The position numbers and the translations under genes were made by a program. From Chiloscyllium plagiosum (lineage: Eukaryota), in assembly GCF_004010195.1 (NCBI RefSeq), contig NC_057720.1, positions 13,657,189-13,721,188 of the forward strand: a stretch of 64,000 bases of DNA. Direction: 5' to 3'. Below are positions 38,601-51,066 of the stretch, piece after piece. How positions within the stretch are numbered: the stretch's first letter is position 1; each line of letters opens with the position of its first letter. Under the pieces are notes generated by a model, which was not told where the DNA came from, ran no database searches, and was given only the letters and a program-made list of their open reading frames with translations.

Positions 38601-39769
38601 GTTTGTGCTCACTTATGGAGTATGTGGATTTACACAGAAACATGCTTAGAATAATTCATCAACATTCTCAATAATCAAGTCTCTATTCAACCTAAAGCCA
38701 CAACATACACGGAAAACATTAATTACCTCAGCACAACAGTATTTAAATTGGTACAAGAAAATAGGCAAACATTGTCAGAAGTTGTTTTTCAAACTAGCTG
38801 ATACTCATTTCTATACGCAAAGCCATCACACTAAATGCACATTCTGCAGGCCTGCAAGGTCACAGACTTTGTGTTTCCATTTAACAGGGCACAAAGCAAA
38901 GAGCTACAACCTTATTTTGGACATCATTTCAGATCAGATCTCAGATTTCAATGTCCATTTGAAATGGTGTTCATTACACTAGGATCCACTGCACTTTCAC
39001 TCCAAGAATAATAGCTCCTGAGCTTCGCAGGCTTATATGAGAAACCTCAGTGATTTTTAAAAAATGCCTTGGATCCCAGTTAGCATTCTTTGTTGACATG
39101 CAAAACTACTCTTTCTCCTTTGTAGACTTCCCACACTCCTCTTGCAGTCTCTACCTTCCACCTAATCCTTTTTACAGTCTTCACACACACACCGCAACTA
39201 TCTTATCCCTGCACACTGCTGTTACAAATAATGTGTTTAATGGCTACCATTAACTGTTGTGAAAGCAAGTAGTAATATGATTGTATCATGCCAGTACACC
39301 ACAAACAAATCCCTTTCTCCAAACATATCTCTTTTCATAAAAAAAGGTTTGCATGCATTATCATTTTGCAGTTAAAACTACCCAACATATTATTAATAAA
39401 GATAATTATCATTTATTAACTAAACTGCATGTTAATTTGAGTCAGTCTCACTTGCATCAGTGTCTGCACATGCATTTCATCCATCTCTAAACAGTTCAGG
39501 TCTTTTAATGTCATGTACACAAGTTGTTGTTGTAAGTTTGTTTGTTGTCTGTTCATTCCTGTGATGATGTTCCTGCCCTGTGGTGTATCATTCCTATGGC
39601 GAATTGATTTTCAGAGCTTACTGAGCTGTGGGTGCTTGTTCTTATTTATTTGAGTCAAAGCTTTTTTTTTCTCTGTGCCGAGCATCACTGTGCTTCCTTA
39701 GCAATGAGCTTGGGTAGGGATTCAAATTCTAAAGACAAATTAAGCAAGAACCTTTCTTCATAGTTAGCA

Positions 39770-40340
39770 AGTCGGTTCCTGGACTACACCTCATCCCAGT
39801 CTGACTCCTGTAAAAACGCTATTCCTTAATACCAATTCCTCCGCCTCCGCTGTATCTGCTCCCAGGAGGATCAATTCCACCACAGAACACACCAGATGGT
39901 CTCCTTCTTCAAAGACCGCAATTTTCCCTCCAATGTGGTCAACAATGCTCTCCAGCATATCTCCTTCACTTCCCATACCCCAGACCTTGAACCCCACGCC
40001 TCCAATTGCAACAAGGACAGAAATGCCCTTCCACCCTACCAATCTCTGGTTATAATGCACTATCCTCCATCATTTCCGCCACCTACAAACAGACCCCACT
40101 ACCAGGGATTTATATTCCCTCCACACCCCTGCATGTGTTCCGCAGAGACCATTTCCTCCGTGACTCCCTTGTTACGTCAATGCCCCCTTTCGAATCACCC
40201 TCTACTTCTGGCACTTTCTCTTGCCACTGCAAGTGGTGTAAAGCCTGCACCCACACTTCTCACTTCACCTCCGTGCAAGGCCCCAAAGGACCTTCCACAT
40301 CTGACAGAGATTTACCTGTACTTTCACACATGTCATTTAC
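39770..40340 (+). mobile_element. Penelope-like element (Neptune-type) thumb/linker fragment
   Basis: Same family as 16815-18260; Cys-rich linker GTFSCHCKWCKACTH. Confidence 0.85.
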
Positions 40341-40672
40341 ATAAATGATTTGGATGCGAGCATAAGAGGTACAGTTAGTAAATTTGCAGATGACACCAAA
40401 ATTGGAGGTGTAGTGGACAGCGAAGAGGGTTACCTTAGATTACAACAGGATCTTGACCAGATGGGCCAATGGGCTGAGAAGTGGCAAATGGAGTTTAATT
40501 CAGATAAATGTGAGGTGCTGCATTTTGGGAAAACAAATCTTAGCAGGACTTATACACTTAATGGTAGGGTCCTAGGGAGTGTTGCTGAACAAAGAGAGCT
40601 TGGAGTGCAGGTTCATAGCTCCTTGAAAGTGGAGTCGCAGGTAGATAGGATAGTGAAGAAGTTTGGTATGGT
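40341..40672 (+). mobile_element. CR1/HER1 RT fragment
   Basis: SKFADDTKIGG...WAEKWQMEFNSDKCEVLHFG. Confidence 0.92.
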
Positions 40673-40674
40673 TT

Positions 40675-41075
40675 CTCCCATTGTGTCTCTACATCCATGG
40701 ACTCAAAGAACATTCACAAGAACTTCCATTGTAATTGGGTTCTTAGCTCCATTCATCCTCTTAAGATGTATGTTATTCCATCAAACAGCCTCAACCTTCT
40801 TCCGAGGGGTTTGATATATAGGTCACCACTTTGAGCCACTTCGTACAGGTTTGTGAAGCTCACGATGTTGCCGGAACCAACAGTATCTACCTGACACTTC
40901 ACGTTCACTTAATGCTCTCTGCCTGCAGTCGTTATTCAAGCCATCACAAACCATTTATTACATTTAGACCTGACAACAACAACCTGTTGTATGGTGTGGA
41001 GTGATTCTTCACGATCATTGACTGACATCTCTCCAGCAACTATCTTTTTAGGATTGCTTTGCTTCTTTTCAGCTA
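40675..41075 (-). pseudogene. Decayed Ty3/Gypsy-type aspartic protease fragment
   Basis: One frame with stops: KWFV...VNVKCQVDTVGSGNIVSF...LRLFDG...RG, resembling the retroviral-type DTGA protease signature. Confidence 0.6.
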
Positions 41076-41080
41076 AACAT

Positions 41081-41265
41081 TTAGATAAGATTCCCTACTG
41101 CGTGGAAACAGGCCATTTGACCCAACAAGTCCACACTGACCCTCCAAAGATTAACCCATTTCCCTCTGACTAATGCACCTAACACTATAGGCAATGCAGC
41201 ATGGCCAATTCACCTAACCTGCACTGTGGGACTGTTTGGACTGTGGGAGGAAATTGGAGCACCCA
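41081..41265 (-). mobile_element. HE1-type SINE 3' part
   Basis: GTGGAAACAGGCC...CATGGCCAATTCACCTAACCTGCAC. Confidence 0.8.
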
Positions 41266-41756
41266 GAGATTCTCTTCAGCCACCTTTTCTCATCCAACTC
41301 CTTTGACTTCTCCTGGCAGACACTGGACTTGGCAGATGAAACTCTTCGATCCAGAAAAGCCCCGCTTTCTCATCCTTGGTTTAAGACACTAACGAGTTCC
41401 CCAGTCTGGCTGTCAGCCTTCCCTCCCAGCTCTTGTCTCCCCCTCCACCACCCTGACCCCTGGCAGACACTCCCCCAGTGACTCCCTCTTTGACAGCCCT
41501 TACTTTCCAAATACAGAGCCTATCAACAGCAGAGAATCCCCCTGTATTTGAGGAGCAGCTCTTCACCATTTCCTTCCACTCTCCTTATGGGGTTGACTTT
41601 TCTCTGGCTGGTTCTCTGTAGAACTCATTGCTGCTAAAGGCCATTGAGGCCAAGTTGTTGAGGGTATTTAAGACAAAGATGGATAAGTTCTTGATTAGTA
41701 AGGGGAGCGAAGGTTAATGGGGAGAAGACAGGAGAATGGGTTGAGAAGCATATCAG

Positions 41757-41941
41757 AGTCTAGATTAGAGTGGTGCTGGAAAAGCAGGTCAGGCAGCACT
41801 CTGCCGCTATTCCTGATGAAGGGCTTTTGCCCAAAACATCGATTTTCCTGCTCCTCGGAAGCTGCCTGACCTGCTGTGCTTTTCCAGCACCACTCTAATC
41901 TAGACTCTGGTTTCCAGCATCTGCAGTCCTTGTTTTTACCC
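41757..41941 (+). mobile_element. Family 1 Penelope-derived element with inverted 5' arm, inside a CR1 3' end
   Basis: TSD TGAGAAGCATATCAG at 41742-41756 and 41942-41956. Confidence 0.85.
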
Positions 41942-42026
41942 TGAGAAGCATATCAGCCATGATCAAATGGTGAAGCATATTTGATGGGCTGAATGGTCTA
42001 ATTCTGCTCCACTACCTTATGGATAT

Positions 42027-42452
42027 AGAGTCATAGTCATACAGCATGGAAACAGACCCTTCAGTCGGACTATTTCATGCTGAACATAATCGCAAACTAA
42101 ACTAGCTGCTGGCCCATTTCCCTCCAAATATTTTCTATTCATTTACTTATCTAAATATCTTTTAAATGTTGTCATTATGCCCACATCCACGACTTCCTAA
42201 AGAAGTTCATTCCACACGTGAACCACGCTTTGTATAAAAAATTTGCCCACAAGTCTCTTCTCTATTGTGCCCCCTACCCTTGAAATCCCTCAAACTCAGG
42301 AAAAGACAACTAACGTTAACCCTATCTATACGCCTCATTATTTTGTAAACTTCTAAAAGGTCACTTCTCAACCTCCTATGCTCCACTGAGAAAAGTCCCA
42401 GCCTATCCACCCCAAACCTTCCATATTCAGCAACATCCTGGTAAATCTCTTC
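42027..42452 (-). mobile_element. CR1/HER1 3' fragment
   Basis: RLGLFSVEHRRLRSDLLEVYKIM. Confidence 0.85.
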
Positions 42453-43429
42453 ACCTTATGGTTGCCCCATGAGTGAATTGCCCTGAGTGTTTTGGGGATT
42501 TCCATTGGTGGATTTGCCCACTTACCCTGTAGCATGGATAAGTAATGTTAGAGGCCTCTAATACCCATATGTATCCAACTTCATGGTCTGCCCAGCAAGG
42601 TCTCTCCCTTGAACTGTCATTGAGTCATCTTTCATCATCAAGGCCACAACCATCTTTTGCTATTTTACTGGTTTCTGAAATATCTCATACCCGAGTACTT
42701 TTAGTTCCCATTCGCATCTTTGTAATGGCTAGTAGTTCAAAACTATTTATCTCTATTTACTCAATTAATTCATTTATCTTGTTGTGAGTGTTTCGCACAT
42801 TCAGATAAAGTACCTTTAATTTCAACTTCTCCTTATTTTTCTCTGGTTTGACCTTATTCACTGATGGACTATTACCACTAAACTCTCTGTCCTTCCTGTC
42901 ACACACTCTGTTTATCTTTAAGCAAATCGCTACATTGATCTATGGCCTCGAATTCTCTCTTTAGTTTTATAAATTTCCCTTCAGTTAATCTCTCCGTGTT
43001 CCTTTTCATTTAAAATTCTTCCTACACTCCTGTTATTGGATTTATCAGAACTCTTGTTCTAGCCCAGCTTAATTTATGGTACAGCCCCTCCAAATGTAGC
43101 CAGTATTGGGGCCATGAAATCAAAACCTCTGCCTCCTACAACATCCCTTGAGCCAGAAATTCAACTCTGAGCCGTTTGACCCCATGCCAATTTGCATGTG
43201 CTTCAGGTAGTAATCGCAGAGATAGGTAAAGAGAAAACTTCACATATTTTGACTTCAGTTAATCTTGTTTTTTGATTAAATTTCAGCTGGCAGCCCTGGA
43301 CCGCAGTGAGGTGCTTCACAGGTTTCCCTCTCATTCTCTGAGGCCATTCCCTTGGTTGTGCTGCTAATAATAACTCCAGGGTCAGGCCACAAATGTAAGT
43401 TATCCAGACCTCAGGAAAAAAGTGAAAAG

Positions 43430-44330
43430 GAAATCTTAGCACATGGGAAGACAGTTGTGGTTGTTGGAGGTCAGACATCTCAGCTCCAAGACATCTCTGC
43501 AGGAGTTCCTCAGGATGTGTCCTACGCCCAACCATCATCAGCTGCTTCATCTTCGACCTTCGTCTCCATCATATAGTCAGGAGTGGGGATGTTCACCGAT
43601 GATTGCACCACATTCAGCGCCATTCACGACTCCTCAGATACTGAAGCAGTCCATGTTCAAATGCAATAAGGTCTGAACCATATCCAGATCTTGGGTTGAC
43701 AAGTGGCAAATAATATTTGCTTCACACAAATATGCTTCACACAATGACCATATCCAAAAAAGAGAAGAAAAGAGTCACTCTTTGATGTTCAATGGCCCAC
43801 TATCAACACCCTGGAGGTATTACTGACCAGTAGCTGAGCTGGTCTAGCCATATAAATACTATGGCTACAAGGTCAGGTCAGAGGCGATAAACCCAGCAGT
43901 GAACAACTCACTTTCTGACTCCCCAAATGTCTGTCTACAATCTACAAGGCATACGTCAGGAGTGTGATCGGATACTCCCAATTTGTTTGGGTGGGTGTAG
44001 CCCCAACAACACTTGTCCATGACCAAGCAGCCTGTTAGAGAGGCATTCTCTTCCCCACCTTAAATATATACTCCTTTCACCACCAATGCATAGTGGCAGC
44101 AGCAAATTCCAGTTACAAGATACAAAAAAGCAACTCACCCTTTAGCGGCACCTGTCAAACCTATAACCACTACTGTCGAGGATGATAAAAGCATCAAATG
44201 TATTGAAGCATCACTTCCAAGTTCTCTTCCAACCCACACATCATTGTGACTTGGAAATATATCAGTGTTCCTTCACTGATTCTGGGTCAAAAACATGGAA
44301 TTCCCTTCCTAAGATCATTGCAGGTGTCTG
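43430..44330 (+). mobile_element. LINE family B RT/3' fragment
   Basis: Aligns by eye with 21490-22390 (VVVVGGQ..QDISAGVPQ). Confidence 0.8.
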
Positions 44331-44349
44331 CTATGGTTGAACAAGAGCA

Positions 44350-45575
44350 AGGTGAACAAGATAGGGAAATTATTGGAAAAATTGCTAAGAGAAAGCATTA
44401 ATCAGCCCAGATTTATTGGTCAGCCCAGATTTATTGGAGGGACATCCTCACTAACTAACCTAGTTGAACCTTTTGAAAAAGTGACTATATTGATGCAGTT
44501 GATGTGGTTTATATGGACTTCAGTAAGGTCTGACATGGAAGGCTGGTCCAAAAAGTAAGATCTGAGGCAAGTTGGCAAACTGCCAAACCCCAAACGTAGC
44601 TTGCAAATAAGAGACAAAGGGTGATGGTGGAGAGTTACTTTTTGTGATTGGAAGCCTATGGCAAGTGGTGTACCATAGGGATCGGTGCTGGTACCCTTGA
44701 TGTGGAAAGTATAATCAGTAAGTTTGCAGATGACAGGAAACATAATTGATAATGAGGAGGATGATCTCAGGTTACAATCTGACATTGACTAACTGGTAAA
44801 TTGGGCAGGGCAATGGAATTTAATCCTGATAATTGTGAACTAGTGCATTTTGGAAGATCTAATAAGGGAAGGATATACACAATGAATGGTAAGTCTCTAG
44901 GAGTACTGAGGAACAAAGTGAGGAACAAAGACCCCTGAAGGTGTCAGCACATATAGACAGGGTAGTGAAGAAGGCATGTGGAATGCTTACCTTCATTAAC
45001 TGGGATGCAGTTTATATGAGATGCAACTTTATAGAGCATTGGTTAGGCCACAGATGAAATACTGTGTGCACTGGTGGTTGCCACACTATTGGAAGGACCC
45101 ATTGCAATGCAGAGGAAATAAAAGAGATTCGCTAGGCTGCTGCCTGGAATGGAACATCTCAGTTAAAAGAAGAGACTGGATAGACTGGGTTTATTTTCTC
45201 TGCAGCAGAGGAGGCTAAGAAGGGATCTTACTGAGGTATACAAAATCATGAGAGGCATAGACAGGGTAGATCATTAGAATGCTTTCCCCATGGCGGACAT
45301 GTCTAAGACCAGAAGGAATAAGTTAAAGGTGAAGAGTAAATGGTTTACAGGGGATCTGAGGAAACATTTTACACCCAGAAGGTTGTGGAAGTATGGAATG
45401 CATTGCCTGAGAGGGTGGTGGAAGCAGGTACTATCACAAAAGTGAGAAACACCTGACAGGAAATAATAGATGATGGACAAAATGCAGGTAAATGAGATTA
45501 ATGTCGTCTGGTGTTTGGTGGTCAGAATATAAATGATGGGCAGAAGGACCTGTTTCCATGCTGTATAACTCTGGC
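44350..45575 (+). mobile_element. CR1-type LINE fragment, decayed
   Basis: SKFADD region and LYRALVRPQMKYCV; CR1 3' UTR. Confidence 0.8.
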
Positions 45576-45974
45576 TCTAACAGGCTCATCACCATCTTCT
45601 CAAGGGCACTGAGGGATGAGCACTAAATGCTACCCAGACAGGGTAGAAATGTCAGGAGTACCTGTAAATGGTATGGACACAGACAGCTTCGAAAGGGGTA
45701 GATTTGCGCTCTAAACAGTGATTAACTAATGGTTTACAAGTGGAGTCAAAATTCTATGATTGCCAAAAAGTATTTTGAAGATGTGATGGGTTTGGGGAGT
45801 GCCACTGGATGAATTTCGATGGTTGGATAAATGCGAAGTGATGCATTTTGGAAGATCTCCTGCAGGAGATAAATATTTTAGTAAATGGCAGAATCCTTGG
45901 AAGCGTTGACCTACAGAGGGATCGATGTGTATAGGTCCACAGTGGCAACACAAATGGTTAATGTCATCAAGAAG

Positions 45975-47540
45975 GTTAGCAATTCTGGAAAGTGTGAAAA
46001 TAGATAAGTCCTCTGGGCCAAATGGGTTTTATCCGAGGATTCTCTGGGAAGCTACGAAGGAGATTGTAGAGCCTTTGGCTTTGATTTTTATGTCGTCATT
46101 GTCTACTGGAATAGTGCCAGAAGACTGGAGGATAGCAAATGTTGTTCCCTTGTTAGGAAGGGGAATAGAGACAATCCTGGTAATTATAGACCTGTAAGCC
46201 TCACTTCAGTTGTTGGTAAAGCGTTTGAAAGCATTATAACAAATAAGATTTATAATAACCTAGAAAGGAATAATTTGATTAGGGACAGTCAACACAGTTT
46301 TGTGAAGGATAGGTCATGCATCATAAACCATACTGAGTTCTTTGACAGGTGACCAAACAGGTGGATGAAGGTAAAGCGGTTGATGTGGTGTATATGGATT
46401 TCAGTAAAGCATTTGGTAAGGTTTCCCATGGTAGGCTATTGCAGAAAATATGAAGGAATGGGATTGAGGATGATTTATCGATTTGGATCAGAAATTGCCT
46501 AGCTGAAAGAAGACAAAGGGTGGTGATTGATGGGAAATGTTCATCCTGGTGTTCAGTTACAAGTGGTGTATCACAAGGATCTGGTTTGGATTACTGCTGG
46601 TTGTCATTTTTATAAATGACCTGGATGAGGGTGTAGAAGGATGGGTCAGTAAATTTGCTGATGACACTAAAATCGGTGGAATTGTGAACAGTGCAGAAGG
46701 ATGTTGCTGGTTACAGAGGGACATAGATAAGCTGCAGAGCTGGACTGAGAGTTGGCAAATGGAGTATAATGTGGAAAAGTATGAGGTGATTCACTGAGGA
46801 AGGAGTAACAGAAATACAGGGTACTGGGTTAATGGTAAGATTCTTGGTAGTGTGGATGAGCAGAGAGATCTCGGTGTTCATGTGCATAGATCCTTGAAAG
46901 TTACCATCCAGGTTGATAGGTTGTTAAGAAGGCATACGGTGTGTTAGCTTTTATTGGTAGAGGGATTGAGTTTCGGAACCATGAGGTTATGCTGCAGCTG
47001 TACAAAACTCTGGTGAGGCCGCACTTGGAGTACTGTGTACAGTTCTGGTCGTCGCATTATAAGAAGGATGTGGAAGTATTTGAAAGGGTGCAGAGGAGAT
47101 TTACTAGGACGTTGCCTGGTATGGTGGGAAGGTCTTATGAGGAAAGGCTGAGGGACTTGAGGCTGTTTTTGTTAGAGAGAAGAAGGTTGAGAGGTGACTT
47201 AATTGAGACAAAAAAGATCAGAGGATCAGATAGAATGGATGGTGAGAGCCTTTTTTCCTTGGATGGTGGTGGCTAGCACGAGAGAATATAGCTTTAAATT
47301 GAGGGGTGATAGATATAGAACAGATGTCAGAGGTAGTTTCTTTACTCAGAGAGTAGTGGGGGCACCGCCTGCAACAGTAGTTGAGTTGTCAACTTTAAGG
47401 GCATTTAAATTGTCTTTGGATAAACGTATGGATGATAATGGAATGGTGTAGGTTAGATGTGCTTCAGATTGTTTTCACAGTACAGTGTGACACTGAGGGC
47501 CGAAGGGTCTGTATTGTGCTGTAATGTTCTATGTTCTATA
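45975..47540 (+). mobile_element. CR1/HER1 LINE, longest RT-containing copy, frameshifted
   Basis: KSSGPNGFYPRIL..VPEDWRIANVVP; FINDLDEG..SKFADDTKIGG; LYKTLVRPHLEYCVQFW; (TTCTATG) tail. Confidence 0.93.
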
Positions 47541-47554
47541 ATCTATGCTCTAAT

Positions 47555-48615
47555 CTATGGCATGCTTGCCTTCATCTGTTGGGAAATAGAGTATAAAATT
47601 GGCAAGGCGAAATTGAGGATTGCATTCCTGGTGAAGGGCTCCTGCCCGAAATGTTGATTTTCCTGCTCCTCGGATGCTGCCTGACCTGCTGTGCTTTTCC
47701 AGCACCACTCTAATCTTGACTATAAAATTGGCAAGTCATGTTCCAGGGAGAAAGTGAGGACTTCAGATGCTGGATGAGAGTGTGGTGCTAGAAAAACACA
47801 GCAGGTCAGGCAGCATCCGAGGAGCTGGAGATTCGACATCTCGGGCATAAGCCCTTCATCAGGAATTAAGTCATGTTGCAGCTACATAGAACTTTAGTTA
47901 GTCCATGTTTTGAATATTCCGGACAGCTCTATCAGAGGGACATGAAAGCTGTGGAGGGTGTACAGAAAAGGTTTACCAGGATGTTGCTTGGTTGGGAGAG
48001 TATTACCTATGAGGAGAGATTGAACAGACTTGATTTGTTTTCAACTGAACATTGGAGTCTGAAGGGGGACTTGATTGAAGTTTACAAAATTATGAGGCAT
48101 AAATTGAATTGATATTGGAGTCTTTTTCCCAGGTTAGAAATGCTAATTACTGAGGGGCATAGGTTTATGGTGAATGGGGAAGTTTACAGGAAATGTGAGT
48201 TGCAAGTTTTTACACAGACGGTGGTAAGTGCATAGGTTGCACTGCCAGAGGAGTTTGTAGAAGAAAATATAAGGGCAACAGTTAAGAGGCATCTTGACAG
48301 ATATACGAACAGGAGAAAGTGAGGACTGCAGATGCTGGGATCAGAGTCGAGAGTGTGGCGCTGGAAAAGCACAGCAGGAAAGGCAGCATCTGAGAAGCAG
48401 GAGAATCGACATTTTGGGCTGATTCCTGATGAAGGACTTATGCCCGAAATGACGATTCTCCTGCTCCATGGATGCTGCCTGACCAGATATAGGGAGGGAA
48501 TAGAAGGATGTAGGTTGCATGCAGACAAAGGCTTTTAGTTTAGAAAGGAGTCATGCGTCAGCGCAGTCTTGCTGGGCCGAAGGACCTGTTCCTGTGCTAT
48601 ACTGTTCTTTGGTTC
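47555..48615 (+). mobile_element. CR1 3' fragment carrying three family 1 Penelope-derived insertions (47607-47720, 47747-47867, ~48312-48484)
   Basis: CR1 sequence resumes after each insert; TSDs TATAAAATTGGCAAG and AAGTCATGTT(C/G)CAG. Confidence 0.85.
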
Positions 48616-49051
48616 TTTAACTATCTCAGCTGAATGATCTCCCTCATCGCTCCATATCTTTACAAATTTATGAAAATGTCCTCACAACTTGTAACACTAA
48701 TTTGTGGTTCATCGCTTCAGCCCTGCCACAATTGTTTGCAGGATATATGTGTTAATAATATCCTCAAAACATTAACAGTCAAATAGTACTGGGATGTCAG
48801 TTTCAATGTGTAAAGATTGTTTGATTACTCAGAGATGATTGTGCCTCATAAACTGGATTTTTCACAGAACCCAGCTCCAGTCCATTACGGGGGTTTAGTA
48901 ACACATTGACTGTGCCAATGGACTACTAATCTTGTGGCTAATCTCTACTTAAATTCCCATTGTGGCATTTTGTAAATTCCAGTACAATTTAGAATATATG
49001 GGTGGACAGGGGGCAGATGACATTTAATGCAGACAAGAATGAAGTCATTCA

Positions 49052-49619
49052 TTTTGATAGGAAAATGTATAGACATAAGATAAAATAAAGAGGACAAACC
49101 AAAGGGGTTGCATGAGCAAAGGGACTTGGGGTTCCATGTGCGGAATCATTAAAGGTTGCCAGGGACCTGGGTTATATGCCAGGGACCTGAGCTCAATTCC
49201 ACCCTCAGGCGACTGTCTATGTGGAGCTTGCACGTTCTCCCAGTGTCTGCCTGAGTTTCCTCTGGTTCCTACCCACACTGAAAATATGTTGCTGGAAAAG
49301 TGCAGCAGGTCAGGCGGCATCCAAGGAGCAGGAGAATCGACGTTTCGGGCATGAGCCCTTCTTCAGGAAGCCGGAAAGTGTTTTTGATAGGAAAATGTAT
49401 AGACATAAGATAAAATAAAGAGGACAAACCAAAGGGGTTGCATGAGCAAAGGGACTTGGGGTTCCATGTGCGGAATCATTAAAGGTTGCCAGGGACCTGG
49501 GTTATATGCCAGGGACCTGAGCTCAATTCCACCCTCAGGCGACTGTCTATGTGGAGCTTGCACGTTCTCCCCGTGTCTGCCTGAGTTTCCTCTGGTTCCT
49601 ACCCACACTGAAAATATGT
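49052..49619 (+). repeat. 238-bp direct duplication (49052-49289 and 49382-49619)
   Basis: Identical except for one base (49242 A versus 49572 C). Confidence 0.95.
49336..49369 (-). ncRNA. Minimal hammerhead motif, family 1
   Basis: TC-CTGAAGA-A-GGGC-TCAT-GCCC-GAAA-CG-TC-GA; intact core, weak stem I. Confidence 0.6.
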
Positions 49620-50034
49620 CCTGAAGAAAGGCTCATGCCCGAAACGATGATTCTCTTGCTCCTTGGATGCTGCCTGACCAGCTGCGCTTTTCCAGCAACA
49701 CATTTTCAGCTCTGATCTCCAGCATCTGCAGTCCTCACTTTTTCCTACCCACACTCAAAGATATGCAGGTTAGGTGGATTGGCCACGTTAAATTGCCCAG
49801 TGTCCAGGGATATGCAGGCTGGATGGATTACCCACATGGGAAATGTGGGGGTTACAGGGATGGGGTGGGTCTGGCTGGAATGCTGTTTGGAGGGTCAGTG
49901 TGGGTCAAATGGCCTGCTTCCACACTGTACGGACTCTGATGGCCTTACCAGTTGCACACATGTTGCAGAGAACACATACTGAAAAATTATTTATTGAAAC
50001 ATGTACTGACAACATCGATCTCCCAGAGAAACAC

Positions 50035-50275
50035 GTCACAGAACATGGAAACAGGCCCTTCAGCCCAACTTGCCAATGCTGCCCTGTTTTCACAATTAAA
50101 CTAGTCCCATCTGCCTTTGTGTGGTCCACATCCCTCCCTAGCTATCCCATCCAAGTACCTGTCTAAATGTTTCTTAAATGACAAAATTGTACTCACTTCC
50201 ACCACTACCTTTGGCAGCTTATTCCAGACACTCGCCACTCTCTGTGTGAAAACAATTGCCCCTCTGGACCCTTTT
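50035..50275 (-). mobile_element. CR1 3' end
   Basis: Reverse complement of the CR1 3' UTR. Confidence 0.75.
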
Positions 50276-51052
50276 CAGTGGAGCAATCAAACTATGGATG
50301 TGCAAGAGGCTAGAATTACACATGTGCAGAAATCTGAAGGGCGCAATGTGGATGTATGATGTAACTAGAAACGTGCATTGTACCAACTGAGGGCAGCACA
50401 GGCTGTCTACCTACATCCATAGACCATAGATCAGAAATGGGCACCTGGGTAAGGGTCTACTCTGTGTCTCAGGAAGGGACGCAACCATTCCAGGAAAGGG
50501 GAGTAACAAAGATGGAAAAATTAGCGAGAAGATTAAGAAAATCTAATGAGATGTAGAGCATGTGGTGAAAGAATGAATGACGGCATTTGTAGTCAAGAGG
50601 AGGATGGAAATTGGATCAAATGATGATGCCCGTGGAGAACATTAGCACATGGTAACCATTGTATGTGGCTTTCTGACACTGAAAGCCCCAGTAACAATGT
50701 TATCTAATAACTTTGTAGTCTATAGTTATTATGACAGAAATGTTGACTGTTACCAGTCTAATACATAAATTACACTGAAAGTTTCAGATACAGTGATATT
50801 TTGGAACAGAACAATGCTCATTGAACAGCTGGTTCTAATGTCAAACAGTTAAAAAGGTTAAGCTCTGACCCAAAGGAAAATAATACTATTGCTCAGGCAA
50901 GACTACATTTGCACCTTTTAGATTGGTAAATTGTCATTTTTCCTGGTGGTTATTATGGCAACATTAACAGGTGGGAACTTAATCCACATGTAGATCCTAT
51001 TTAATTTTCATTAACTGGCTCTGAAAAATATTATCAACTCGAAAAGCATGAT

Positions 51053-51066
51053 GTTACCATGGCAAC
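51053..51066. promoter_or_regulatory. RFX X-box motif
   Basis: GTTACCATGGCAAC fits GTNRCC(N0-3)RGYAAC, in repeat-free DNA with related motifs nearby. Confidence 0.5.

Noticed and set aside
44402..44437. 18-bp tandem duplication TCAGCCCAGATTTATTGG
   Set aside because: It is a simple slippage duplication inside a dead CR1.
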